Notes under the pieces: generated by a model
The model's database searches: none
Told to the model about the DNA's origin: nothing
Seen by the model: only the letters and a program-made list of their open reading frames with translations
Shown here: one piece after another, positions 11,256-25,407 of the stretch
Position numbering within the stretch: the stretch's first letter is position 1
How the letters are laid out: each line of letters begins with the position of its first letter
DNA from: Eledone cirrhosa
Lineage: Eukaryota
NCBI GenBank assembly: GCA_964016885.1
Contig: OZ024742.1
Location: 264,616,001-264,680,000 of the forward strand
Reading direction: 5' to 3'
Length of the DNA stretch: 64,000 nucleotides
Translations under genes and position numbers: made by a program

Positions 11256-14200
11256 ATATGTATATACTATTGGATAATTGGTCTTTTAGTTGGCTATCAG
11301 AATGTAGTTGGTAGGTAATAGTGAATGAGTGATTGGGTAAAACTGTTTCCCAAAGTACAAAAAAAATTATTTTATTAATTTTGTTATGAAAAATGTTTTT
11401 TAACTCTTTTGGTACCAAACTGTTTGAAACCGCACCTGATTCTAAGATACACAACTGTTTGTGTTAAAACATGTTTGTCTATACACCTTGCATCATAATT
11501 CTATATTCCACACACTAACCTAATAATGAATATTTTCAAAATTAATGACACCAGTATCTTTCATTAGAAATATGTAATAAAAGGGTTAATCATTAAAGCT
11601 TGTGAGTACTGCTAGCCATTTGTTTTAGTTTGGTGTCAGAAATTTACCCTCACCATAAGTTAAAATATATCCTGAATAACAAAGTTTTACACTAATAGAG
11701 AAACTCACTTCAAGAAATAAAAATGTATCTAATTATAAAACTTCATATTACAGTAGATGGAAGAAATATAGTGTAAAGCAAAGGAGGAGTGAATATATTT
11801 TCTTAGGGAAACAAAATACTCAAATAGAATGGATTGAACAACCAGCTTATGAACTGTAAATTCATATCCACTGTAACAGTTTTATCATATCTATAAACAG
11901 ATATGACTTAGCCTAGTTAGCTGGAAAATAGGACTATCAGATCTATCAGGAAGGTTATTTGTAAAAGACTAGCAACTAATTCAAGGGGAAAATTTGTCTC
12001 TCTTTCACTTAACATCTCACTATCTATGAATTCCTATGTTTTCTAGCAGAAACCCAACATACTAACAAACAAAAATAGAAAATGCTGAAAATGGAATCAA
12101 GGATAGTATATAACTGTGTGTTACTACAATTTTAATAGTTTTCTCCTTTTATTTATTTATTTATTTTAATTTGCTCACCCCAAGCAAAACAATAAAGCTA
12201 CTAAAATGAAAGGGGTTACTGAGAAGGGAAAATTAAATGACAGAGAGAAGACAGTTCAAAGAAAGAAAATATGATAATTGATGTTTTTTTCCAACTTGTA
12301 GTGATTAGGAAAGCAAGAAGTCAGATGGGAATTATATAGTTGAAATTTATATTTCAAGGTGCCATGAAGAAATACACCCAATGCACTCTGTAGAGTGTGG
12401 GAGCATATGTAAGTGAGAAGCAGGCTAGAGGTTCATCTATGAGATCAGTAGCTCTGATTAAGTACTGACTTGGTCTGTGATGACCAATTTAACTTTTGCT
12501 AGCAGGGAAATAATGTTGATGATGATGAAGCAACAAACAAAGGAAATTAAAGCACATAATCCAAATGTTGTCCCAGTGGACAAAATAGTGAACATGTTAA
12601 TTTGGAGAAAGGTGAGGGAGATGCTTTGAAAGAACCAGTCCACCTCATGAGAAACATTCCAAAGTAGGAGATCAGGACATTAGATGTTTCCATTACTATG
12701 GGTTTGAGAAGAAACTGCCAAGCAGTTTCTCAGCTATTAGGCCTCAAAGCCTGGATCTGATGCCAGTTTCACCAGATTGCTACCGGTGGAAGTAATACTC
12801 CAGATCATATCTTAGACTAGAGACTTATTGCCTTGAAATAGAACAATTACTAAGATGCCAGATCTTTTACTGTCTTCTCAGTCTAACTCCACCAGTTTCA
12901 GCTACAATGGAAAACTGGTTGTGTCCAAACTACTATTAAGTTTAGATACAGGGAAGGTAATTTACTTTATTAAACTACTATTTATGAGATAATGAAGGAG
13001 GATCTATCCAATCATTCAACTGCTAAAAATAGTAGCCAAATCCAACTCAAATCACACTCTATCATCTTAAAAAAGGAAGGTCATATTGATAAACATAATG
13101 CAGTTATAAAAAAGAAAAAATAGGATATAAAGGCTGAAACACTTTTAACCAGAAATTTGATTGATCAGGGGAGGCTTGGGAGTTAAACACCAACAACCAT
13201 TTGCCTACTTTTAAAACATATAATCTTCATTGCTCTTTACATATTGTCCAACTCAATTTAATATGTAAAAATAGAAAGAAAAACAATACGACGATGATGT
13301 AAACATGTTATGATGAGGCAAAGTGTGTTCTTTTCAAATAGAGAAGCTGTCATTGGTCACTGGATAATGGCCAGTTCAAGCATGAGAAATCAATGACATT
13401 TTAGAAACACTTTGAAGACAAAACAACTAAAAACAATCAAATGATCTATACTGGAAAGCACGAACATTGTATCATTTCATATTGTCTTAGACAAACATGG
13501 AATATTCTATAGATAATATAAAATAAGATATGGTGATCTATTGGCAGAATCTATGGACTATTGGATAAACTTTGTCTTTCACCTTTTCAGGGCTTATAAA
13601 ATAAAGTATCAGTCAAATACCAGGGTTGATGTCATCAACTTTACCCTTCACCCAAATTTGCTGGCCTTGTGCCCAAATTAGAAATGAATATAAAACATTG
13701 TGTTGTTCCTCACCACCAGCAATATTATCAACTCTAACATGAAACATCTTTCATCAACAAACTTGTTATGTACTCTCAATACAAACTTATTTGGGAAAAT
13801 GATAGGAATACATTGCAAAACAACTCTTAACAACACCATATCAATTAAATCAGTAGAAACATATATCAGCACTACTAATTAGATGAACTAATAAGTATCA
13901 TCACCACCCATATGATATAAACAACATCTAAAGCATTAATAACAACTTAGAATATACTGTTAAAATAATATAACCAAACAATCTACAACCATATTGACTA
14001 TGAAGACACAAAGCTGAGATATACACACCCATCTTTCACTTACCAGGCATACACCACACATATTCTGCTAGAACAGCCACACACAAACAAATCTCCTGTA
14101 CTAAATCATATTTATTATTGTTGGTATTGTTATGTCACTGAATACTGGATGTTTGAATTGCTCATAAAATATTCCTGGAGAATAATCTTTATTAGTTCCC

Positions 14201-14419
14201 TCTCTGATTACAATTATACTCACATGGTTAAAAAGAGTTTGTTTATTCTTAATAACAATATGAAGACAATAGATTAAAAGAAAGGTGTCAATCATTTAAA
14301 AAAATATAAGACTCAATGTAACCATAAAGAAATCATTCATGCTAGTTGAACTTACATATAGATATATATATATCACCCATTGTCCACACGTCATCAACAT
14401 TGCACCAAATATATTTTTA

Positions 14420-14760
14420 GTAGTTCACATACTCTCTTTCTCAGGACTAGAAAGGTTGTCTTACCAGACTTAAGAGTCCTCTCCACGCTTTATCAGTTTT
14501 TATTTGGAGAGTCCATTCTCCTAGAAGGGTGGCCTTCACTACAGTTTACGGAACCCATGTCTGCCCCATCCAGCCATTTTTATATCGGAGTCACTACCCT
14601 CCCAGAGGGGTTGCTTTCACTATGGGTTATGGGGTCACATCTGGCCCATGCAGTTGTTTATAATTGGAGGCACTGCTCTCCTAGATGGGTTGCCTTCATT
14701 ATGGCTTGTGGAGTCCATGTCTGGCCTGTGCAGTCATTAAACAGTTTGCAGGGTAGCAAA
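14420..14760 (-). mobile_element. RTE 5' UTR fragment with three ~80-bp monomers
   Basis: Homologous to 49670-49890, which lies upstream of an RTE endonuclease start. Confidence 0.6.
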
Positions 14761-14975
14761 TTCATGATGTAGGATGATACGTATTGGTGTGTGTAAGTGT
14801 GTAGACAGAAGGGAAAAGAAAAAAGGTGAGAGCATATCTATCTATATATATTGTTATAGATATTCCCTGCCTAACAGCTAAGCTTATACCATTTTGATAT
14901 AAGCTTACACTCCACTTCCTTAAAGTATAGATCACTAAATTGAACAATGATCTTACTGGTCTTAACTCTAACATC

Positions 14976-14979
<4 letters not shown>

Positions 14980-15071
<92 letters not shown>
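14980..15071. repeat. (CT)n microsatellite
   Basis: Seen directly. Confidence 0.98.
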
Positions 15072-15073
<2 letters not shown>

Positions 15074-15139
15074 TTCATATATATCCTGATGACAATGCTG
15101 ATAGTAATTGTTAATTAATATTTTGCTGGGATTAAATTC

Positions 15140-15900
15140 TGTAATGTTTTCTTAACCAGTCAGATAGTTTTATTTTGGATGATTGTGTGTGCAAGCAGCA
15201 CCATCCCAGATATAAAAGCTGTAATTTAATGTAATTTTTATTTGAGCATTGTAAAGAGTAAGTAGTTGATCAGAAATAAAACATTTCTTGATACTAAAGA
15301 GGAAGTCTAGTTTTAGGATGCAGTTATAGCTGTGTTATTAATGTGAGATTGCCAGAATAGATCATTAGATATTGAGGTGATCTGCAAGATAAGCTTGGAT
15401 GAAGTACAAGATTTAATTATGCAGTGATTCTGTCTTTGTCTGTTGAAAGAGATAAGATTGTCATGTCCCATCCTGGAGAATGTTTTTGATGTTTGTCTAC
15501 CTGTGGTGTCAGTGCAGGTTGATCACGGCACTGGAAGGTATCTAGGTTACAGGTGGATGACATCTCTGAGAATGTTTAATGAAGAATGAAGAATGAAGAG
15601 TGGTGTCATCTGAATTAGAATGTGCATTGTTAGAATTAACAGGTTTGGTTCTATGGTAGCTAGCTGTACTGGTGATCACTGCAGAACAAAATAGACTTAA
15701 TGTGTTGAATAAGGTAATGGCTAATGACTATTTCCTTCATCTTTGATGTGCTGGAATTGAGAGCAATGATTTATTAGTTGGCAAGGTAAAAAAGGTTGCT
15801 GTTTTGGGGGAGGAGACACACTGTAGTGTGTTTCAAAGTATGAAGATAAATTGTCATATATAGAGAAAGATTGAAGAGTTTTGCAAAGACAAAGGTTAGT
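15140..15900 (-). mobile_element. Highly decayed CR1/L2/Jockey-group LINE RT remnant
   Basis: Minus-strand fragments in order: HSNSDDTTLHS (YADD equivalent), DLFWQSHINN, QLLTLYNAQI, YIWDGA. Confidence 0.55.
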
Positions 15901-17696
15901 TTTGGTAATGAAAGAGTTAAATGAAATACTCCAGCTTTCTTTTAAAGATATAATTTTAAGAGTAGTAGCTGTCTATTTGCTATAAAACTATGAATGAATA
16001 AGCATCGAATCGATATTTTCTTTTTAATTATAATTAATTAGTAGTATATTTTCACTTTATTTCATTCCTGTTGTGCCCTCTGGCATGTAGGACAGGTACA
16101 ATGGTTCATGTCTTCCTCATTTGGGCCAGCTTCAGGTGTCGTTCATAGTCATGAGTTAGCTTGCAGTTTACATTCAAGACATTCTTCCTGTTAATGTTTT
16201 CCTTTCATCTTTTATTACTGCCATTCATATGAGTATCCTCCAATGATTCTAGATGCCCATCACATACAGTTGTGTTATTTATTTTATTTACTGTTTCTGT
16301 AACAAAGCTATCTTTACAGGACTGGCTTATTATCTCTGTGCCCAACCCCCAAACTGAATGACAAATGGATTGCTGTTTATTAGTACTTCACCTGTCCCAC
16401 TTGGTTATCTCTATCAGGAGACAGCAGTTGCAATATTTTTACCACCATTTGCCTGGCAAGTGAAATGGTCACATTGAAGAGTTGAAGCCAGAATATAAAT
16501 TCCGTTAGCTGAGAACTTTCCTGTACAACAGTTTCCTTTATATAATCACTTTCACACCAAACATGACCTATTTAACGCTTTCAAGGCCTCCCATACATTT
16601 AACACTAACTTACACAGTCCTCTGTCTGCTATAGTTTATAAAAATCTATATAATATCTTATTGTTTTATTGTTTTCACAATCTTGCGTTCAGAAAAATTT
16701 CACTTGGGGAGGTAATTTAAATGAAATAACTCAGTCAAATAACAGGTTCTAGGTTAAACCTCTGCTTTTATTCATTTTCATATCAAATCCTTTCTCCAAT
16801 ATGTTGAGTGTTAATGATTATCATGTTAATGACAATGATGATGGTAATGATGATGATTATTAATTATTATTCTTGTTACAAACAATATCTGCTATGTAGG
16901 TAATCCTTACTTCAGGCTAATCTATACCACAATTCTCACTCTTTAAATCTACATCTTTTAATAGGATTCAAACAGCTAATGGAAGTATGAAAGAGCTTCT
17001 GTATGTATGTGCATTGCTGCTTCAAATCGTGCTGCATTTATGTAAAAAAAATATTGCTGATAGATTCAGGAAGGATTAAGGAATCCTGTAACAAAATGTA
17101 TGTTACGTCACAAAAACATTTAATTTATAGAATAACTAACTGTCTTGCAAAACAGCTGTATTTATTATAAGACATCTCTTAAAATAAATTTTATTGAAAA
17201 TTTATATATTCATGTTTGTGTGATTTTGTTCAATGATTTGTTGCATACTCATGTATGTATATGTGAAGCTTTATATTAAATACATTACTTATATTAACAA
17301 GAAAAAAAAATATTTAGCAATAATAACATTCATAATAATAATTGTTTCTACTTTTAGCACAAGGCCAGCAATTACCCAGTACATTACTGGTACTTTATTT
17401 TATCATAATAATAAGGATTTCTGAAATCATTTTCTGTATCTGACTAAAATTTTATCCTTTCAAAACCTTAGAAGAATAAATGTCAAAGATGACTGACAAA
17501 ATGTGAATACAGAACCTAAAGGGATATAATTAGATATCGCAAGGAATTTGGTTATCCATCCACCTTCTTTAATAACACAAGCCAAAAAGCAACCCTTTGG
17601 GCGGTTTTCTGCTAGCATATGTAGTGTGCATGTTGGTATTATACGCAAACATATACGCTTATAGATATATGAAAATTGAAAAGTAAATTGACAATA

Positions 17697-18335
17697 TCTT
17701 CTTTACCCACTTATTTCTGAGAGGGTCGTGGAGGCAGAGTTTTTCTCAAACACTCCTTCCAGCGAGTCTGTCAGTAGCAAACATCTCTAACTGATTCATC
17801 TGGATCACAAAGCTTGACCAGCCAAGCTCATGGATGTATTCCAGCTATCTTGCTCAGGGTCTACCTCTGGGTCTCTTGCCGGTTGGTTTTGTCTGTAAAA
17901 TCTGTCCAGTGATTCTTTCCTGAGACATTCTAACCACATGCCCTTAGTATCGGAGCTGTGATTTCTCAATTCGAAGAAGTAGTGGCTCTACCAGGAGTAA
18001 CTCTCTGATCTTTATCAAGTAACGTTACTCCAAAGAACCTTTGGAGGAACACCTTTTCTGCTGCTTGTATTTACAATTGTATTCTTTTGGTCATTACCCA
18101 AGATTCATAACCCTCGGTAAGGGTTGGCAGGAATACCAGGAAGACAGCGAGTTTGGCTTTTACACCTACCTCCCTTCTTCTGATTACTGAATGCTGAAGC
18201 TGGTGCATTACTACATCAGCTTTTGCAATTTTTGCACTTAATTCAGCCTCCTGCCTTCCATTACTCATGAACATGGTTCCAAGATACTTAAACTTTTCTA
18301 CCTGCTTCAGTAGAACTCCATTCACATGTATATAA
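17697..18335 (-). mobile_element. 5'-truncated RTE LINE (family B)
   Basis: LKQVEKFKYLGTMF..LPTLTEGYESWVMTKR; homologous to 53745-54500. Confidence 0.85.
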
Positions 18336-18524
18336 ATTTGAGAGACTTCTGTCCATCTGTCCATCACAAAATGTGTGTGTGTGTTTGTGTGAATGTATGT
18401 GTGTGTAAAAGGAAAGAAGGAGATACACACATATATATAAGTCTCTAACTCAAAACAGTAACACACACGTCTCTAATTTAAGAACACCGATAAACTCACA
18501 CGCACATACACACACACACACTGT

Positions 18525-19278
18525 CCTATTACCACTTAAGAGCTTTGGCCTGGGCAAACACCCCCTCAATGTTAGAACCATCTGGGTTGGCCAGAATTGG
18601 TGGGAAAAGATCAAATGATCTTACCCTGCATCCCTGGTCAAGAAGCAGGTGCATTATCTGGGACGTCACAGTTTGTGACTCTTTTGCTTCTTCCCACATC
18701 CTGGATGCAGCGGTAAGGGCGAGAGCTACAGTGTCCGCAACTGAATGGAACAAAAGCCTAAAATACCGTGATCTGTCAGCTTACTACATTTTCCAGCCTG
18801 CGGTGTTCGAGACGTTTGGGGGAGTCGGGCTACTGACAGCGAGGTTCTTATCTTCACTGGCGGCTCACCAAACAGAGGTAACTGGTGATGCTCGTGAGGG
18901 CACTTGGTTGTTCCAGCAATTCAGCCTCACCATCACCCGAGGTAACATTGCGAGCATGCTGGCTTGCCTCAACAATTATTAGAGAGGTTTCCCAGTGCTC
19001 CTCGCTATATTGTTATCTTTTACTCTGGTAGTGGCTCGTTTGTCCACTTCTTTCACCTGCATTTTGTTCTATGTGGTCCTAGATGTGTGTATTAACTGCT
19101 TGTGTGTTTATTCTCTTTCTTTTTTTCCTTTTCCTTTCCTTTGTATACATTATATTTCTTTGTGTTTTCGTTTGGTAAGCATTATATTATATTTTTATAC
19201 AATTGTGAATTAACCTGTAACAACAAATGAGTTTTAAAAAAAAGAGTTAAACTGTTTTGTTAATAAATAAATAAAAAG
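18525..19278 (+). mobile_element. 3' end of a CRE-like non-LTR retrotransposon (restriction-like endonuclease domain plus 3' UTR)
   Basis: ORF 18545-18982 reads LEPSGLARIGGKRSNDLTLHPW..WDVTV..KSLKY..FQPAVFETFG..LFQQFSLTITRGNIA, matching the CRE RLE pattern with RPD decayed. A-rich end; (CA)n on the left. Confidence 0.8.
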
Positions 19279-19679
19279 TTATACTTCATTTTACCCTCCC
19301 ATTTCCAATTAATCAAACACAGCTATCATGACTGTATGTGCGTTTGTGTAAATGTATGTGTGAATGTATGTATGTGTTTGTGTGAACGTGTGTGTATTTG
19401 TGTGAATGTATGTCTGTGAGTGTGTTTGCGCGATTATAGTTACCTACTCATACATATAAATGTATGTATATGTACATACACACACACACACACATACACA
19501 TCCGCATCAGCATGTTGAAAAAAATCTTAATCTCTTCATCTTTCTCTTTCACTTTCTCTCTTTCTATATATGTATATATCTGTCACATAGTCACTCTATC
19601 TATCTGTGTCTCTCTCATCTTTCTCGCTCTGTCTATATATATGTAGTGGAAATGGTGTTGGTGGTGGTGGTATACCAGA

Positions 19680-19889
19680 AGTGTTGAAATTTGAAACTTT
19701 TAAAAGAAGTGAATCTTAAAATAAGCAATAAAATGATTTATGTTTAATCAAGAGTTGCAAAATTTAGTACATAAATTATGTAATATTCATTCTTCATTTA
19801 TTCAAAGTAATCCAACATATTTTACTAACAGGATAAAAAAAATATAAACAAGACACTGTACCACACTCCTCCCTTTATTATAGTATAGA
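19680..19889 (-). mobile_element. 5' end of a non-autonomous Helitron-like element
   Basis: Minus strand begins a|TCTATACTATAATAAAG; 19680-19780 resembles 44870-44960. Confidence 0.55.
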
Positions 19890-20559
19890 TTAGTTATAAT
19901 AAGTCTATCTGACATTGGTGCAAGGCCAACGGGGAAGAGTCGATTATGTCAACCCCTTTGCTTGACTGGACTTTATTTTATTGACCCTTGTAGAATGATG
20001 ATGATAATGATTTCTAACATTTGTAGCAGGCTAAGTTTTTAAATAGCCTCTAGTATTTGACTGGCACTTATTTATCACCTGTGGAAAGAATGAATATAAA
20101 GTTGATGCTGGTGGGCTTTGAACTCCAATTATAAAATAATATAACTAAGTACTGTGTAGTATTTAGTTTGGAAATCTATCATCTAATAACCTGATCAAGA
20201 ATTTATGGTTTCTAATTTAGGCACATTGCCAGCAAAGTCAGTTATATTGACCTCAGTACATTTACAACTCCAAATGAAGAAACTGTAAAGTTGACCATGG
20301 TTGGGTTTGAACTCGGAATGTAAAGGGCCGTAACTAAATGCAATAAATCATTTTCTCTAATAATTTTATCAAACTACTGTCATCTGTCTGATCAAGATAT
20401 TATGATAATATTAATGATTAATTTTCATTGATCTCAAGGACCAAAATCATTGGGGACAATATAAAGGCAAAATGTAAAAAGAATAACAACAATAAAGAAT
20501 GTGTATATGGGGGGGGGGGTACATCAAGCAAAGATTTGGATCAACAAAACAATAAAAAC

Positions 20560-21900
20560 ATTAATAAATAAATTACAATAAATGGTTATATTACTGCAGA
20601 ACAACAATCTAGAAACAAGAAAGAATCCTCAAAATGGAGGAGGGCAACTACATAAGTAATGTAAAGCACTTTATATACAACACTGGATTACTCTGGCATA
20701 CCGAAAACAAGTGCTTTCTTCCAGTTCCTGCTACCAGCATACAGTCACATAGAGTAGGGTAATTTTACACTCTCACTCACTTTTGATAAAATTTACTGGT
20801 GGGTATCACCTTCCTCTCTACTCTCCCCTTGCCTCTTAATGTCTGTAGCAATGGTCCCGGTGCCAAAATATCAGAAAAGATAAATGGAATATGTAGTGAA
20901 CTACGTGTGCAATACAAAATGGTTGTTGGGCATTCTAATGTTCCAGGATTTGAAAATGGAACCAAACTAGCTATGCTTAGGATGGCTACAAGGTGACAAT
21001 CATCAACCCTAATGTATGCTTTAGACTTCAATGAAGCCAGATTTCAAGCTAAGCTGCTCTAATATCCATTGCATTGAGTGGAGTTTGCCATGGATAGATC
21101 TGTTGGGGATTGCACACATTTGTATGTTTCTGACTATACTACTTATAACAAGTACCAACCTCTTATTAAATGCCTTTGTCAAAATCCTTAACTTCAAATT
21201 GAACTGATTAATGAGAATGAAATTGTCTATCATGTCCTCCTTGTGTGGGTCCTTCCTAAAAAACAACCACTTCGGCCCTTCCTCAACAGTACCACCACTC
21301 TTCAGCTCTGAAGACTTTGAATATTCTCAGTCTGCTGCCATAATAATAGCAAACAAAGTTTGCATGCAACAGCAAAGTTTGTTAGGCAGACCATCCATTC
21401 CCATCCTGCCTCAACAGTGCAACCACTCCACAGCTCAGAAGACTTTGAATATTATCAGTTTGCTGCCATAACAATAACAAACAAAGCTTACATGTAACAA
21501 CAAAGTTTGTAAGGCAGACCATCTATTCTCAGCAATTTTCCCTTTCCACAGCTATTCAAAATATTCACTGCTTCATCTGCTTATGAATTATTTACGAAAG
21601 TGCTGCTGAAAATGCATTCATGCATTCAGTTTCCAGTACCCAGAAGCCTGTTTATTAGCCTGTAATTTGTCAAAGTTCTCCTACAAGTATAGCATTTGTC
21701 TTCCTCCCTTCACAACACCCTACATTTTCTGATACTCCTTCATGGTATATACCTTTTTTACAAGGCCACTGATTTGGGAGAAGGAGTATAATTAGTATAA
21801 TTGAAAGGATGAAAAGCAAGTTAGCAAAGGATTTTATCTGAAAACATAAGACTTTACTACATACCAGAAAACCTTTAGCCCACCACTCCACTACTTCTAC
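20560..21900 (-). mobile_element. Decayed L1/Tx1-like RT remnant with an internal ~128-bp tandem duplication (21294-21531)
   Basis: RKDPHK..DNF..N..LRILTKAFNKRL..IVRNIQMCAIPNRSIH resembles Tx1 RT domains 1-2; boundaries are approximate. Confidence 0.65.
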
Positions 21901-23197
21901 CATTATACTGCCATAATAAGGAGTTCTGACATAGGCACAAGGCCATATATTTTGGGAGATACTATATTCAATTAAATAGAGCAGATTTTATTTCTGCCAG
22001 AACTGTGAAAAGCCCAATTGGCCTTCATGAAATTTGAACTTAAACATAAAAGGAAATATTTTTTTATATTTGCTGTTGCTGGTGTTATTTAGCTTCTGAG
22101 AAGATATGTGATCAACAGCACTCTAGCCATATCTATCTGATCTTTTTCCTATAGATACAGAACCCAAAACTTTACTGTTTAATGTGTCCTTTTTAAGACA
22201 TTAGTGTGTGGTTTGTTGGAGATTTTGCTGCTATTTCTTGTAAATCGAGTGACCTCATAAGAACTCCTTTATTAGAAGGTGTTATCATTAATCTTTTCAG
22301 GCCCTCCCACACTGGTGATGTAAGATATAGATGTAGATGGACTTCTGTAAGTTGACACCTATTCCAAAATGTGGTAAAGGAGAGGATTCTAGAAATGTTC
22401 ATTTTTAGGGAGTAATGATTAAATAAGGATTTTGGCAGGATGAGTTTCAGTATGATTAAGAAACAACAAAAAAGCACATGCATTGAGTAAGCATCGATGG
22501 TATGTAGTTTACTAGTTCATAAAACTACAAGTCAATATGATAATGATAAAATAATCAAAGAGAAACAAATGGAGCAGCTATTATTAACCTTTTCAGTATC
22601 ATATTTCTAATGGAAATTCTAATTTCACTGCCTATGATTTTGAAATTATTTTGAAAATAATCCAGAATTTCGGGGTATTTAGTAATACAACTAATTTTAT
22701 CGTTATTAAGCTGGTGTTTGGAAAATAATAAAAGTTCTTACATAGAATTATGATAGGAGGTGTATAGATAAATATAAACACTTTAAAATAAACAACTTCA
22801 TATTACAAAACCAGTGATGGTTTCAGCAGGTTGTATCAAAAGGTTAATGGTTGTAGCAAGTTAGTAAGTTAATGGGCCTTTGCTAATCACGATTCCACTA
22901 CCATAATAATAATAGCAATATTATTAATAATTATGATTTCTAATATAGGAACTAGGCCAGAAATTTGTAACTTCACTTGACTGGTAGTTCAAACATTTTT
23001 TTTTTACTTCAGAACGATAAAAAACCAAGATGACCTTGATGGGATTTGAACTCAGATTGTAAAGGGTCATAACTAAATACTTTGAATTGAATCCAGTGCT
23101 TGTACAATGCATTCAATTCACTGGTAGATAATAATTGTTTCTTCTTTTGGCACAATGCCAGCAATTATAATGGTTGATAATAATAATAATAATAATA

Positions 23198-24030
23198 TGA
23201 TAGATTCCCAGAGCACTTTTCTGACAATGATATTGATCAGCATGGCTCTCTAGTTTGGCTCAGAAGTGCTGGTCTGAAAGCAGAGGGACTCTTAGTAACT
23301 GCACAAGACCAATCTCTACACACTCAGGCCTATAGACACAGATTAGCAAAAATGGAACTAGCCCCTTATATACAACAAATATGAAGAAGCAATAAATCAT
23401 ATTATCTCCTGGTGTCCAGAGCTGGGAAAAACTGATTATATAGAAAAACACGACCGCATTACCAAATATGTGCACTGGATGCACTGCCACTCTCTTGACA
23501 TGCAAACCTCTGACACATGGTATGAACATCAACCAAAACCAGTCATGGAAAAGGGCAACCTCTTCATCTTGTAGGTTATGCCTTTGATAACCAACCGAGA
23601 AATCACTGCCAACGGACCAGATATCATTAAAAAAAAACAGGTAGAAGATGTAGTCTTATAGATATTTCCTTACCAGGTGACAAGAATATATCTATAGAAT
23701 ATATCTAAACTATCAAAATACAAAGACCTGGAAATAGAGATCAACCACATGTGAAGTATGACCACAAATACTATCCCTGCGGTAATAGGAGCATTAGGAT
23801 TACTAACCAAATCATCAGACCTGAACCTTGGCATCCTTACCTGCAGGATCAGCAAATATGAGTTACAGAAGATTAGGCTACTAGGAACAGCACACATTCT
23901 CAGACAAGCTCTCTCTCCTCAATAAAACATCTATTCCCCTAGATTTAAGGCCTGAACTTGGCAACATAAATAGAGCAGAACCAAGTGAAATAACCCAATA
24001 ATAATAACAACAACAACAACAACAATAATA
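23198..24030 (+). mobile_element. 5'-truncated R4/Dong-clade retrotransposon (zinc knuckle plus RLE) inserted in (TAA)n
   Basis: WLRSAGLKAEGLLVTAQDQSLHT; HIISWCPELGKTDYIEKHDRITKYVHW; ANGPDII; SKYKDLEIEI; IPAVIGALG; LQKIRLLGTAHILR. (TAA)n at 23177-23196 and (AAT/AAC)n at 23997-24030. Confidence 0.85.
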
Positions 24031-24218
24031 ATTGTTTCTACTTTTGGCACAAGGCCAGCAATTATCCCAGTGTATTACTGGTACTTTATTTTATCGATCC
24101 TGTAAGGATGAAAGGCAAAGTTAACCTCGGCGGGATTTGAACTCAGACCATAAAGGGCCGTAACTCTTTGCTACAAAGCATGGCATCCGACCCTCTACCG
24201 ATACTGCCGAGTTGGCAA
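24030..24218 (-). mobile_element. tRNA-derived SINE with Deu/Nin-like core
   Basis: Reverse complement of the 32815 family: B-box gagttcaaatccc and core ttgcctttcatcct..gtcgataaaataaagtacc. Confidence 0.85.
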
Positions 24219-25360
24219 TGAACATAATGAAGAAAAGAAGAATTTGATAGAAAAATAGAGGCAAATTGTTTAGTCATTTTATTCTATAGAAACATTAAAC
24301 ATGAACAAGGTAAAAAAAGAGTCTGCTAACAGATATTTATTTCTTCAGGCAACAGTTTTATATCTAAAACAGCTGGAAGAATTGTCGAAATATAAACATA
24401 TAGCATAGGCAATATCCAGGATGCAAGAATTGCAAAGTAAAAGAGTACCCATAAAAATAGATGTCTGGAAATGATTAATTGAAGCAAAGTCAAATATATA
24501 TAAGAAACAACCTAGAGCTTCTACATATGTGCATCCTACAACAATATAGAACATGCAAATGCCATAGAGATCACTGGTGTTTTCAGTCCCCAGGCTGCTG
24601 TTTTCCTCCACAAATTCAGGATGAGGGCATCATGTCTCATAAAGAAACTCCATTATTTGGAATGGCTGATGCAGAGGACATTGCTGACTGTTCTCTGCAG
24701 CAATGTCATCTTGTCTAAGGGATGCAGCTGAAATATAACATCTAGCCAAAAATGTAGAGATTGCACCTCTCCTTTCTTCTCATTTTTTTTTATTTTTTTT
24801 TATATATTTCTTTTTTTTTTTTTCATTATCAACCCACTTATCAGCATTAAAAAGAAATCCAGACAAATCAGACAATATAACCTTACAAATTGCTCTGGGT
24901 ACATGGATCTGTGCTCAATTATGCTATGAAAATTGAATCTGGAGGAATGAAAGATAAAGTAAATCTTGGCAAGATTTGGATTTATAATGTAATGATTAGG
25001 GAGAAAGCTAAATGCTGCAAAATTACTGCCCTAATATTAATAATAATAGAAACAATGATTATATAAGCACAAAGTCTGAAGGTTATGGAGGAGGTGGAAT
25101 GAGATTAGGTAATGCTTATATTTTCTTAAAAGTATAAGCAGTGTGAATGAAAGATTATGATGCATTATTGTACTAAGTTGGATGAAACAAAAGATAATAT
25201 AGAAATGTGTTTAATTTGGGATAGCAGCCAATCCAATAGTTAAAATATAATCAGAATGGATGAGTGAATCAGTGGCCAAGGGAATATAGCTATAGAGTTA
25301 AGTTCAGTTCATACTTGTATACACACAGACATACATACACACATCAAATATAATAATACT

Positions 25361-25407
<47 letters not shown>

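Noticed and set aside
12330-14100. Very old PLE-like RT and GIY-YIG traces
   Set aside because: Only faint motif echoes; too degraded to support a call.
24330-24740. Coding-like minus-strand stretch
   Set aside because: Stops occur in all frames and no family was recognised.
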